IMG/VR virus record: IMGVR_UViG_3300020045_013787 | Coordinates: 1-34,287 of that record | DNA: 34,287 nucleotides | Direction: 5' to 3' (one strand) | Source of the DNA: a virus | Taxonomy: Duplodnaviria; Caudoviricetes | Shown here: piece by piece, positions 7,158 through 16,451 of the stretch | Layout of the letters: every line of letters starts with the position of its first letter | How positions within the stretch are numbered: position 1 is the stretch's first letter | Translations under genes and position numbers: made by a program | Notes under the pieces: model-generated | Database searches by the model: none | What the model was told of the DNA's origin: nothing | What the model saw: the letters and a program-made list of their open reading frames with translations, nothing else

Positions 7158-8096
7158 CTATTCAACAAAAAAGGTTGCTGTCAACATAACGCCTGTAGGG
7201 TTTGTAGGGCTCCATGCACCTCCTGTAAACTTCCATTCAATATAATCCCCTGCTGCTACGGTGATGTTTAAGTTCGTGCTGTTAAATGTATTACTCGCTG
7301 CTGTAGCTGATAAAGATGAAGTAATAGTAGTATCTGTTGAATTGTTTAATCTTAAAGCTAGAGTGGATGTCTGGGAAGACCCTAGAGTTCCTGTTACCAC
7401 TAGAGATCCATAGGCTTTATTAATCTTCCCAGCAACAGGGATATAAAATCTACTTACTCCTCCTGTTGCCGTACCAGTAATGAAAGATACAGCCTGAATC
7501 ATGAAATATGGAGTGGAGTCCGCAGGATTTCCAACAGCAGTTTGAATAGAGTAGGCTTGTGCAACTGAGGCTAGAGTTATAGAATTCGATGCATTAGTTA
7601 CCGTTACTCCAGCTCCAGCCGTTAAAGTTCCAGCAGCAGGTGCTCCAGCAGTTGAGCCTATGATGAGTTGTCCATTCGTAGCTATAGCTGTTATAACTGG
7701 TATTCCTCCAGTCCCTGTAGTCAAAACGCCTTGGTTAGCAGTAGCAAGACCTGCGATCACGTTTGTTGAAGATGAATACAGAAGTTGATTTACAGTCGTA
7801 GTGGCAGGATGAGTTGCAGTGGACCATGCAGGAGTAGTGCTTGCTCCTGAAAGTAACATCTGATTAGCGGTAGCAGTTCCAGATAGGATAGCTCCTGCCG
7901 TTCCTGTAGAGTAGAATATACCACCATTGGAGGCTGTAAGGTTTGCGCTAGTTCCACCCTTAGATAATGTTACAGGGTTTCCAAGTGCGTCAACGTAAGT
8001 CTTTACTGCCTGCTGAGAAGGAACAAGTGTATTGCTATTAGGAGAGAGAGCTGTATCTGTGCTTATAGGAACGCCTGAAGTATATCCTTGTGACAT
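7158..8096 (-). CDS. Tail fibre protein
   Basis: Start re-assigned to MSQGYT (SD AGGAG); LVPSQQAVKTYVD and xxGGT fibre motifs; C-terminal beta-sandwich. Confidence 0.85.
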   Translation of the reverse strand: MSQGYTSGVPISTDTALSPNSNTLVPSQQAVKTYVDALGNPVTLSKGGTSANLTASNGGIFYSTGTAGAILSGTATANQMLLSGASTTPAWSTATHPATTTVNQLLYSSSTNVIAGLATANQGVLTTGTGGIPVITAIATNGQLIIGSTAGAPAAGTLTAGAGVTVTNASNSITLASVAQAYSIQTAVGNPADSTPYFMIQAVSFITGTATGGVSRFYIPVAGKINKAYGSLVVTGTLGSSQTSTLALRLNNSTDTTITSSLSATAASNTFNSTNLNITVAAGDYIEWKFTGGAWSPTNPTGVMLTATFFVE

Positions 8097-8097
8097 G

Positions 8098-8427
8098 CTA
8101 TGTGTTCTCCTGGCCAAAGAGTGAGAAGGAAACCGTAGCTAGAGTGGCATAAACTGAAACAATATCTGTCGTTGCTAGAGTTATACCTATTGTTGCTATG
8201 AAGGTATCGTTCCCAGGGATAGACACATCAAAGTACTGATACATCTCATTTGAGATTGCCGCTCCTGCTGGCCTAACCGCTACTCTAAAAGTAGTTGCAG
8301 TAGCAGATCTATTACAAACAACAATACTAGATGCAACAGCAGTTGTAGCAGCAGGGACTGTGTAGATAGTTGTTAATGCAGCTGCCCCAGGTGCAGATTG
8401 CCCTAAGACTTTTAAGGCATTTGCCAT
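8098..8427 (-). CDS. Small beta-sandwich fibre-associated protein
   Basis: MANALKVLGQ...IYTVPA...IVVCNR pattern; TAATG-coupled to a fibre ending FLLGGM. Confidence 0.75.
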   Translation of the reverse strand: MANALKVLGQSAPGAAALTTIYTVPAATTAVASSIVVCNRSATATTFRVAVRPAGAAISNEMYQYFDVSIPGNDTFIATIGITLATTDIVSVYATLATVSFSLFGQENT

Positions 8428-10115
8428 TACATTCCTCCAAGTAAAAACGATTGTGTATAGTCACTCGCAGAAGCTCCACCGCCTGCTGCTTGCCAAGAAG
8501 GTGGTGCACCAGAGTTAGCGGTTAATACCCATCCTGGCGTTCCACTGTTTGCTAGGATAGAAGGCACACCTGTGTGAGAGGTGATCATAACACCATCAAT
8601 CGCTGTTGTGATTTCGCTTATGGTATTGTTTGCGCTAGAGTATAGGACTCTGTTTATAGTCGTAGTGTTTGGGTACGTAGCTGTTGTGGCTAACCAGTTC
8701 GTTCCATCTGCTCGTAATATTGTTCCAGTGCCTGTCGCTGTAGAAGGGTAAGTCGCTGTTGACCAGGTAGGATCTGCTGTAGTATTTGTTTGTAGAATTT
8801 GCCCTGTAGAACCTGCACCAAGCTTTGTGATAGTTGTTGTACCAGCACCGATAAGAAGAGCGTGGTTTGTCAACCCTGTCAACTGTACGGTAAGAGTGTT
8901 TAGGGAACCTACTGTAGTGGTCGACCCTGAACCTATGATATTAACTAAACCTGCTGCTGTAGGAACTACGGGATCTGTACCAGAGTCAGGATGGATAGAG
9001 TCTATAGCTAATCCACCACCTGCTAAAGCAACGAATCCATTCGCATCCACAGAGAACTGAGTAGAGTTAAAGTTACAAAGACCTACTTTTGTAGCATCTG
9101 TTGCAGCTATGGCTTGAGATTTCTGAACGTTTACCGTGAGAGTACTTCCAGAGCCAGATGTGTTAACAGGAGATGTTCCTGCTGCTGTAGAAGACCCTAG
9201 AATATTCCAATTCCCTGCTGTAGGCGGTAAAGCTCCTCCAGAAGTACCGGTTATGGTCTGAGCTACTCCAGTTCCGCTTGTGCTAACGAAACCATTTGCA
9301 TCTACTGTGAATTTAGAAGAATCAAAGTTACAGAGGCCAATCTTTGTAGCGTCAGTAGCAGCAATTGCCTGGGAGATTTGTACTTCTATAGCTGCTGTAT
9401 TAGCTCCTGTGCCGTTAGATCTTATAGGATTAGTCCCAGCAGCTACGACTGCACCGTTAAACGTTACAAGACCACCTGCTGTAGGAGCTATTGGTGAAGT
9501 TCCTGTCTGCAAAGCTATGGAATCTATAGCAAGACCGCCCCCTGCTAGTGTGACGAAGCCATTAGCGTCTACTGCAAAAGCTGCTGAATCGAAGTGTGAG
9601 ACTCCATTCTTAGTGATATCCGTAGCAGCTACAGCGGTGCTTCTTTGTATTTCTATAGTGAGGGTATTTGCAGCTAAGGAATCTGTACGTATAACGTTTG
9701 TACCCACAACACCTGAAGCTACCTGTCCTCCAGTCATGGTGATTACACCTGCGCTAGGCACTACAGGATCTGTACCAGGAGCGGTGCTTGCATCTACATT
9801 GATATTAGTCGTAGCTCCCCCACCACCATTAAGAGTGACGAAGCCATTAGCGTCTACTGTGAATCCTGTAGAGTCAAATGCGGCAAGACCTACCTTAGAA
9901 ACATCGGATGCTGCCACTTCATCTGCTATCTGAACTGCAATTGTTACAGTATTACCTGAACCTGTGGTCTCTACAGGGATAGAATGAGCTACTACTGCTT
10001 CACCTAAGAACTCTAGAACGTTAGCTATAGGTACTGCTGTGCCATCGTCTGTCTGGAATTCTGTAGGGATATCAGGATGGGTTCCTGTGATATCAATATC
10101 ACCTGCTTGGCTCAA
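8427..10115 (-). CDS. Tail fibre protein with four internal ~90-aa repeats
   Basis: Repeat core KxGxxxFxSxxFxVDANGFV occurs four times; TTG start with SD GGAAGG. Confidence 0.85.
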   Translation of the reverse strand: MSQAGDIDITGTHPDIPTEFQTDDGTAVPIANVLEFLGEAVVAHSIPVETTGSGNTVTIAVQIADEVAASDVSKVGLAAFDSTGFTVDANGFVTLNGGGGATTNINVDASTAPGTDPVVPSAGVITMTGGQVASGVVGTNVIRTDSLAANTLTIEIQRSTAVAATDITKNGVSHFDSAAFAVDANGFVTLAGGGLAIDSIALQTGTSPIAPTAGGLVTFNGAVVAAGTNPIRSNGTGANTAAIEVQISQAIAATDATKIGLCNFDSSKFTVDANGFVSTSGTGVAQTITGTSGGALPPTAGNWNILGSSTAAGTSPVNTSGSGSTLTVNVQKSQAIAATDATKVGLCNFNSTQFSVDANGFVALAGGGLAIDSIHPDSGTDPVVPTAAGLVNIIGSGSTTTVGSLNTLTVQLTGLTNHALLIGAGTTTITKLGAGSTGQILQTNTTADPTWSTATYPSTATGTGTILRADGTNWLATTATYPNTTTINRVLYSSANNTISEITTAIDGVMITSHTGVPSILANSGTPGWVLTANSGAPPSWQAAGGGASASDYTQSFLLGGM

Positions 10116-10833
10116 TCTTACCTTCCTTTAGACGATCTATAAGGGTGTATATATTCTCAAACTTCTTCTCTGAGTAAGCAGTAGTTTTCTTAAGGATAGC
10201 TATCTCTCTTATGAGCCCTTGGAAATCTATACTCATAGTATTCAACATCTCTTGAACTTCTTTTCTTAAAGGCTCGTGAGGGTCTGCTTTTGGAGTAAGC
10301 TCTTCTCTTAGCTTCCCCATCTCTGAGTCTAACTTCCCTGAGTAAAGCCTATTAAGGTCATTTGCATAGTCCATATGTCTCTCATGAGAGACTTGGATTG
10401 CTTCTATCCAGTCAGCTACCATGTTAAACTTCTCTTCAACGTTAGACTTGAGAGTATAGTCTTCAAAGAAGGCTTGAAACTTCTTTTGCATACTCATAAT
10501 TGCATCTTGCACGGCATTCTCTATAGATTCTAATCGTACAATCGTAGAAAGCCTAAAATCTTTAAACGACTGTTCGAGTGTAGAGAACTCGATATCCACA
10601 CATGTTTTGATGCGGCTTAATTCGTTTGTGATTTTCTGGGGAAAAGACTGTAGAGCCACAATCGATTGATTGTGACTCTGCAAAGTCTGGTTTGTCTCAT
10701 AGATAAAGTCGTTATTGTTCTTGATCTCTTGAGAAGATCTTAAACTAAACTGCTTATCTACAACGGCTCTAATCTGCGTAGATAAACTCAAGGTATACCG
10801 ATCCGCTTGTAGGTGCTGTAACTTGCTTAACAT
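10099..10833 (-). CDS. Coiled-coil protein within the fibre cluster
   Basis: All-helical heptad-like composition; start uncertain. Confidence 0.7.
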   Translation of the reverse strand: MLSKLQHLQADRYTLSLSTQIRAVVDKQFSLRSSQEIKNNNDFIYETNQTLQSHNQSIVALQSFPQKITNELSRIKTCVDIEFSTLEQSFKDFRLSTIVRLESIENAVQDAIMSMQKKFQAFFEDYTLKSNVEEKFNMVADWIEAIQVSHERHMDYANDLNRLYSGKLDSEMGKLREELTPKADPHEPLRKEVQEMLNTMSIDFQGLIREIAILKKTTAYSEKKFENIYTLIDRLKEGKIEPSR

Positions 10834-11110
10834 AGAACTGCGTGCCCTCAGCTAGGACGAAGGTATCATCCTTTCCTGGGACTAGGTTTGCAGTTAAATC
10901 GAACAACTTAAATGTTCCTGCTGCGAGGAACAAGTTACCGTCTGCGTTTCCGCTATCTACACTGAAGATCATATCTCCTTGAGTCTTATTCGTGATGCAC
11001 ATGATCCTAGGTTTAACTGTCAAAGCAGTTCCTACCGCAGCATATGCAGCCGATATACTCGCAAATCCTAAAGACCTTAGAGTGTCAAAATATACTTTCT
11101 TAGCTGACAT
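10769..11110 (-). CDS. Small beta-rich virion protein (fibre connector candidate)
   Basis: Start MSAKK with SD GAGGT; lies between fibre genes. Confidence 0.75.
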   Translation of the reverse strand: MSAKKVYFDTLRSLGFASISAAYAAVGTALTVKPRIMCITNKTQGDMIFSVDSGNADGNLFLAAGTFKLFDLTANLVPGKDDTFVLAEGTQFYVKQVTAPTSGSVYLEFIYAD

Positions 11111-11118
11111 AAAACCTC

Positions 11119-12543
11119 TTATTGTAATCCACACTTAAAGGAAATCCAGTTCACAGCTCCAGGAGCAGCAGCAGCATGTGTAAGTCTAATGAAAGGGATC
11201 ACAACATCTGTCGCATCGAAGGTAAATGCTGCTGTTACGGCTGGTGCTACTCCACCGATTGTGTAAGTTACAACACCTGTCGCAGAGACTAGAACTTTAA
11301 GAGTTTTACTCTGTCCATCAGTCCATGCATCGGTTGTGTCTGTAGAAGTTACACCACCACCGTTAAGTTCTGTCTTAAGCCAGATATTAGCTCCATCAGA
11401 AGCGCTAAGACCTATAGAAGCGTAGTCTGTATAGTCTGCAAAGGTTGCGTTATTAGCTTCAACCTTTCTAAAACCAATAACTAAAGGATCACAACCAGAT
11501 ACGTCTGCTGCGTTTAGAGTTGCCTCAAAGAAGAATGCAGCAGATGTGCCGATCGTATAAGAATACTTAGTGTTGTTTCTTGGGCCTGGATTATATTCAG
11601 CACCCTCTGTACTTGTAAGATCTAGAGAAATTAACAAACCTGTAGAACTCATTCTAGGAGCTATGATGGTCTGACCTGCGCCTATGATAAACTCTTCCCA
11701 GATCTCTCCGCCTTGGAGCATCATAATATTAGTAGCTCCAGTCGCTCCACTAGGTGCTGCGCCTGTTGTTAGTGCTGACTGAAGAATCGGGCTTTCATTA
11801 AATGTAGCCGCTCCATACGAAGAATTTTTAGTAGCTAGAGTTAAAGGAGTTACAAACGTTGTGTTTGAGGTTCCTGTGTTAACTTGAGCTTGAGTAGCTA
11901 CGTTAACATCAAAGCTTTGAGTTGTAGCGTTAGAAGTGATAGTCATAGTAGAACCAGCACTGGAGAAAGCTACATAAGATCCATCGGCTGCTGCTCCACC
12001 AGAAGTGAACACCATACCTGCGGTGCCTGCTGCTGACCAGGAAAGGGCTGCTGTAGCTCCTGTTGAACCCATAGCCACACCATGAGCTGTCTGAGTCCCT
12101 ATCTTCGCTTGTAGGCCGTTTGGTGCAACTGCAACGATAGAAGATGATCCTGCAATCGCTTCGGCTGTTGTAGCTATTTCCATAGTTCCACGTTGTGTGG
12201 TAGAAGCAGCAGCTACGTTTACAGTGAGAGTTCCTGCTGTGCCCACTACACTAACACCATCTGTAGCATCGCCAACGATATCTATATCTCCTCCAACTGG
12301 AGATATTGGACCGCCTGAATCACCTGTTAATGTAACTACTCCACCTATAGCTCCTGCGCCTAGCGAGATCCAATCTCCTGAACCAGGATACATATAAGAA
12401 GCTACACCATCCGTATCTAACCATAGAGTACCCTTAACATACGCTCTATCCGCTGATGTAGGTGCTCTTGTAGCTGTTTGTAAATCGGGAGGAAGGATAG
12501 CCCTTACACCCATGTATTGTCTGCTATTTCTGCCTAAAGACAT
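11119..12543 (-). CDS. Tail fibre / spike with C-terminal lectin-like beta domain
   Basis: N-terminal RAPTSAD..Y..GTLW anchor; ASTTQRGxxEIATxAE and VTPLTL fibre motifs; SD GGAG. Confidence 0.85.
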   Translation of the reverse strand: MSLGRNSRQYMGVRAILPPDLQTATRAPTSADRAYVKGTLWLDTDGVASYMYPGSGDWISLGAGAIGGVVTLTGDSGGPISPVGGDIDIVGDATDGVSVVGTAGTLTVNVAAASTTQRGTMEIATTAEAIAGSSSIVAVAPNGLQAKIGTQTAHGVAMGSTGATAALSWSAAGTAGMVFTSGGAAADGSYVAFSSAGSTMTITSNATTQSFDVNVATQAQVNTGTSNTTFVTPLTLATKNSSYGAATFNESPILQSALTTGAAPSGATGATNIMMLQGGEIWEEFIIGAGQTIIAPRMSSTGLLISLDLTSTEGAEYNPGPRNNTKYSYTIGTSAAFFFEATLNAADVSGCDPLVIGFRKVEANNATFADYTDYASIGLSASDGANIWLKTELNGGGVTSTDTTDAWTDGQSKTLKVLVSATGVVTYTIGGVAPAVTAAFTFDATDVVIPFIRLTHAAAAPGAVNWISFKCGLQ

Positions 12544-12556
12544 ATCCGACTCCGTT

Positions 12557-12574
12557 TTAAAGTTTTTTCTTTAC
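12557..12574. promoter_or_regulatory. Palindromic operator-like site
   Basis: TTAAAG-N6-CTTTAC upstream of the first fibre gene; similar sites at 23167 and 28066. Confidence 0.45.
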
Positions 12575-12666
12575 ATTACAGGAGGGCGGTATTATATGTA
12601 TACAAATTATTTGAATAGCTTTTTAAGAGTGTGGATGTTATAGTGGGATGTAACAAGGGGTTTTAG

Positions 12667-12888
12667 ATGGACAATGTTCAATTCGCTATATTTATCTTTA
12701 CGATCATATCTCTATTTATTGCTATGGGGGGCATGTTCTTTTGGTGTCGCTCGGAAGCTAGATCGGATATCCGACATATGGACAATAAACTTGATTCCAT
12801 ACGTGAGCTTGTAAGAGCTATAAATGATGAAGTGAAAGATTTTCACAATAGATTGTGCTGCATCGAAGAAAAGAGGGAGAGGAAATAA
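12667..12888 (+). CDS. Small membrane-anchored coiled-coil protein (moron; superinfection-exclusion candidate)
   Basis: N-terminal TM helix plus heptad repeats; SD AAGGGG; extended -10 TGtTATAGT at 12636-12644; opposite strand to the virion operon. Confidence 0.8.
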   Translation: MDNVQFAIFIFTIISLFIAMGGMFFWCRSEARSDIRHMDNKLDSIRELVRAINDEVKDFHNRLCCIEEKRERK

Positions 12889-12971
12889 TGGAATGGTTAA
12901 TTATTGGTGGATACGTGATTTTTGTTTGGACTCTATGGGATGCTGTTTCAGATTTTGTGGGTAAGCTTTAA
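12888..12971 (+). CDS. 27-aa hydrophobic peptide (not in ORF track)
   Basis: MEWLIIGGYVIFVWTLWDAVSDFVGKL; TAATG coupling and purine-rich SD. Confidence 0.5.
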   Translation: MEWLIIGGYVIFVWTLWDAVSDFVGKL

Positions 12972-15337
12972 TCCTCTCCTTTCTGAAGTTCTGCTACAAG
13001 CCTTGGCAGTTGTTTAGCTAGCTGCCTAGGTGTTGTAGCTTCACTAACTCTTTCTAGGTAATGGACGGCCCTAGGGTTAGACAAAAGCTTTTTCTCTAAA
13101 ACTCTATATGAAATCTTTAATCCTCCTATTCCTGTTTTACCTAATCCAAGTCCTGCGATTACAGGCCAAGGAATATGTAAGGCATGAAGAATAGCTCCTG
13201 TCATTCCCATCTTTCCTGTTTCTTTAGCTACGCCCTGGAAAAGAGATTGAGTTTCTGGCATACTATATAGAGCTATGTTTCTCTCAAAATTATTAGCTAA
13301 TCTCTCTAGTTGTTCAAATCTTCTTAGAGCGGAACCATTACCTATTTGACTAAGAACCTCTCTCATCTCAGGATTCTTAATGATGTTTCTAGCTTTTTTG
13401 AAGTCTATAACTCCTGAAGGACTGACAACTGAAGAAACAACATCTTCCATAAATAATCTTTCGAAGGTTTGAAAAAGTTGTCGTGATTGAGGAGATCCTT
13501 GCATACTTTCTCTAACTATCTGGTATCCTTTAGGGGTTTGCATTAAGTCTAAGATTACCTCTGGCCTCTTTCCTGTATTTACCGATTGTGCTGCATCTTT
13601 AAGGATGTCATTTCTAACAGCTGCTCTACCCCCTGTGGTTGTTAAAGGATCTTTAACATTAATCAATTCTTCAGCAGCTCCCCTTGCAGTAGGAGATAGT
13701 TCTGGAGAAATATTATCTACAACTCTTCTACTAGAAGCCGCTCCTCTTGTTGCTGTAAGGTTATCAACTACAGCTCTCTCTGCCACCCCTTGTATCTCAG
13801 GATTTTGAATGCCCTGCTTAAGGTTTCTCATGTTACTGGCTTTAGTAGATGCGGTAATAATACTCTCAGGGTTTTCTGCGAATCTTACATTACGCATGTA
13901 ATTTGTTCCCCATACCTCGGCATTTCTTGCGTGGAGACGATTGGCATCCCCGAATAGGGTAGCTGCCTCAGGTTTTTTGCTTAATACTTGTCCAACCTCC
14001 TCTCTAAAAGTATCAACTATAGGTATAAGCCTATGAGATTGTTCTCTAAGCTCTGCCCCGTAATTCACTGTTTGGTTAGCGTTCTGCACCATGTCAACTA
14101 GCTCATTTGCAGATCTTGTAGTTGCTTCAGTCACTGCTTCATGCTCAACTGCCCCAACTAAAGGCTTCCCACTTGAATCAAGAAGTTTAGAAGCAGGTGT
14201 TGTAGATGCTGGAGTATTAGTTTCTAAGTCGGCTATTAGATTGTCTAGAAATGCTATTAAAGGCTTTTGCTCAGGAGTCGGCTCAACTCTGGTTAGATTT
14301 GCTCTCAAAGCTTTTGCTTGCGCAATAGTTCTTGGTGCTTGACCAGACACCCCTTCCGCTGATTCTCTCGCTGCTGAGTAAGCTGCTCTTTCTGCTCCAA
14401 GAACTTCATTCCTAAATGTTACATTTGCTGCATCTTGTATAGCTCTTCCAGCTTGATCTGGAGTAGCAGATATAGGACTTATAATGCTTAATTGAGTATT
14501 CCTAAACATATTATCTGCATTTCTTTTTAGATCGCCAGCACCTGATTGTGTTATTTGAGTATAACTATTTTGAGAAATTTGTGCTGCCTCTTCTTCAAAA
14601 ACTTGTAATTGAGCTCCACTAAAGTTATTAACCACTTCATCTAGAGCATGTTTTTCTTGTTGGATAGCATTCTTTACGACTTTTCCCTGTAGACCTCTTC
14701 CTCCCTGCCTAAATGCCGCAGGAACTTGTTGAGCTGTAGCTTGTCTTGAGCCTCGAATTAAAGACTGAGTAACACCAGCTCCTACTCCTCCTAGGACGTC
14801 TGCTGCCATCGCAGCACCTTCTCCCCATCCAAACTCATCAAACTTTCCTTCTTTTCCGAATACTTCTCTTATAGTTTGACCAGCTTGACTTCCTACTAAT
14901 CCAGCTATAATCCCAGGTATTCCTCCTACAACAGAAACAGGGAGAGTTTGAAAGCCAACCCTTATTCTTCTTGAAGCCTCATCTTTAGATTCTGGAAAAG
15001 AAGATATAGCGTTAAGTATTGGATTTTCTTCTTCAAATGTTTTAGGATTTTCATCTTTGCCATAGAACATTTCATCTATAGGTTTAGACACCTCGCCTAT
15101 CTCATACTTAAGTCTTGCAGGAATTCCTAATACTCCCTCAGCTAAACCATAGAGAGCGGATTTAAATTTTCCAACTTTCTCTTTTGGAGGTTTAGTTTCC
15201 TCTGCACCATATTTGGATGGGTTAAATTCTGGAACGTTTTGTTCTTCCTCGGAAGCAGTTACTTCTTCTGGGATTTCTTCTTCTACTAGTTCTGCCCCAT
15301 ATCTAGAGGGGTCAAATTTATTGTTTTGGTTATTCAA
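12968..15337 (-). CDS. Large internal virion / DNA ejection protein
   Basis: 789 aa, helical with Gly-rich hydrophobic segments; third of three genes after the nozzle; duplicated FxPSxYGAE motif at the N-terminus. Confidence 0.7.
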   Translation of the reverse strand: MNNQNNKFDPSRYGAELVEEEIPEEVTASEEEQNVPEFNPSKYGAEETKPPKEKVGKFKSALYGLAEGVLGIPARLKYEIGEVSKPIDEMFYGKDENPKTFEEENPILNAISSFPESKDEASRRIRVGFQTLPVSVVGGIPGIIAGLVGSQAGQTIREVFGKEGKFDEFGWGEGAAMAADVLGGVGAGVTQSLIRGSRQATAQQVPAAFRQGGRGLQGKVVKNAIQQEKHALDEVVNNFSGAQLQVFEEEAAQISQNSYTQITQSGAGDLKRNADNMFRNTQLSIISPISATPDQAGRAIQDAANVTFRNEVLGAERAAYSAARESAEGVSGQAPRTIAQAKALRANLTRVEPTPEQKPLIAFLDNLIADLETNTPASTTPASKLLDSSGKPLVGAVEHEAVTEATTRSANELVDMVQNANQTVNYGAELREQSHRLIPIVDTFREEVGQVLSKKPEAATLFGDANRLHARNAEVWGTNYMRNVRFAENPESIITASTKASNMRNLKQGIQNPEIQGVAERAVVDNLTATRGAASSRRVVDNISPELSPTARGAAEELINVKDPLTTTGGRAAVRNDILKDAAQSVNTGKRPEVILDLMQTPKGYQIVRESMQGSPQSRQLFQTFERLFMEDVVSSVVSPSGVIDFKKARNIIKNPEMREVLSQIGNGSALRRFEQLERLANNFERNIALYSMPETQSLFQGVAKETGKMGMTGAILHALHIPWPVIAGLGLGKTGIGGLKISYRVLEKKLLSNPRAVHYLERVSEATTPRQLAKQLPRLVAELQKGED

Positions 15338-16442
15338 ATATCACCCCATCTTTTTTTGCAGATTCAATTTCTGAAGCTGGAAAGTTATAATATTTCCCAT
15401 CTGGAGCTTTTCCTTTAACCTTCTTTCCTTCTTCTTTCTTTTTTTCTGGTGAAGAAAATTTCTCTTTTGCTTCTTGAAGTTCTGAAAGAAGAGCATCCCT
15501 TAGAGGTCTCATTTGTTCGTTGACTTTTTGCTCTATATTAGGGACATATTTAGAGCCTCCATTAGTTTCCTTAGAAACAATCTGCGCTCTAACAAGCTTC
15601 ATGTCATTAACTTTTTCTATGAAATCTAAGCCTGCTTCGTTAGCTTCTCTAGTTTTTCCTATAGAAGGAAGCATTTCATTAAGTAATAAGAAAATCTCCC
15701 TTTCTGTTGGCCTTGGCCCAAATAAACCTTTAGCTCCTTCAAGCATTTTTTTGTTTGCAGCTTGCAATTTTGATTCATCAGTAGTCAATCCCATATAAAG
15801 TTGAGTATGAGGATTATTCTTAAGCATAGCAGTAAAACCTGGCCCTGTAACATCTCCTTTCACTGCTTTCCTAGCTTCCGATATGGCGAACTTTTGACTT
15901 TCAGCAGATTCTTCTTCTTCTAGTGCCGTATTCACATATTCAGAAATAGATTTTTCTCTAAGCTTAGAATATTCTTCTCCTTCTTTTTTCTTTTGAGATA
16001 GAACTCTTGCTGATTGAGGTGAAATAGTTTTTAATTTCTCGATTTCTTCTGGTGTGTATCCTGAATCTTCTAATATAATTTTTGTTTCTGATTCCGCTCT
16101 TTCTGATTTTTCTTTTTTCTCCTCTTCGAGTTTATCTTGTTTAATCTTCTTTGCAACCTGCATCTGATTTGCTGCATTTACCTTAGTCATATTGTTAATC
16201 GTATTCTGCATTTCTAATCTCTTACTTGGGGCTACATCCTTGTGGTGAATGGCTAATTGCAATTTATCTAAAGCTAGAGCTTTATCTTTCGTTTGATCGT
16301 ACTCAGCTATAAGCTCATCCATCTTGGTATTACTTTTCTCTTCCTTATATTGCGATCCTAGCTTGGAGAAGAATTTTTCTAAGTTCTGTTGAGCTTGGTT
16401 AGGCTCTGATGGTGATAGGTCTACTACTTGTAACGATGGCAT
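15330..16442 (-). CDS. Internal virion / DNA ejection protein
   Basis: Charged helical protein with a C-terminal APDGKYYNFP motif; position in the ejection-gene trio. Confidence 0.65.
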   Translation of the reverse strand: MPSLQVVDLSPSEPNQAQQNLEKFFSKLGSQYKEEKSNTKMDELIAEYDQTKDKALALDKLQLAIHHKDVAPSKRLEMQNTINNMTKVNAANQMQVAKKIKQDKLEEEKKEKSERAESETKIILEDSGYTPEEIEKLKTISPQSARVLSQKKKEGEEYSKLREKSISEYVNTALEEEESAESQKFAISEARKAVKGDVTGPGFTAMLKNNPHTQLYMGLTTDESKLQAANKKMLEGAKGLFGPRPTEREIFLLLNEMLPSIGKTREANEAGLDFIEKVNDMKLVRAQIVSKETNGGSKYVPNIEQKVNEQMRPLRDALLSELQEAKEKFSSPEKKKEEGKKVKGKAPDGKYYNFPASEIESAKKDGVIFE

Positions 16443-16451
16443 ATTCTCTCC

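Noticed and set aside
8827-9933. Long plus-strand ORFs (217 aa and 77 aa) inside the fibre gene, and similar ones at 6764, 12197, 13605, 14091, 15520 and 21859
   Set aside because: Antisense shadows of G/T/A/S-rich coding sequence, with no RBS or independent motifs.
12667-12888. Holin call
   Set aside because: Opposite strand to the late operon and no adjacent endolysin; kept only as an exclusion candidate.
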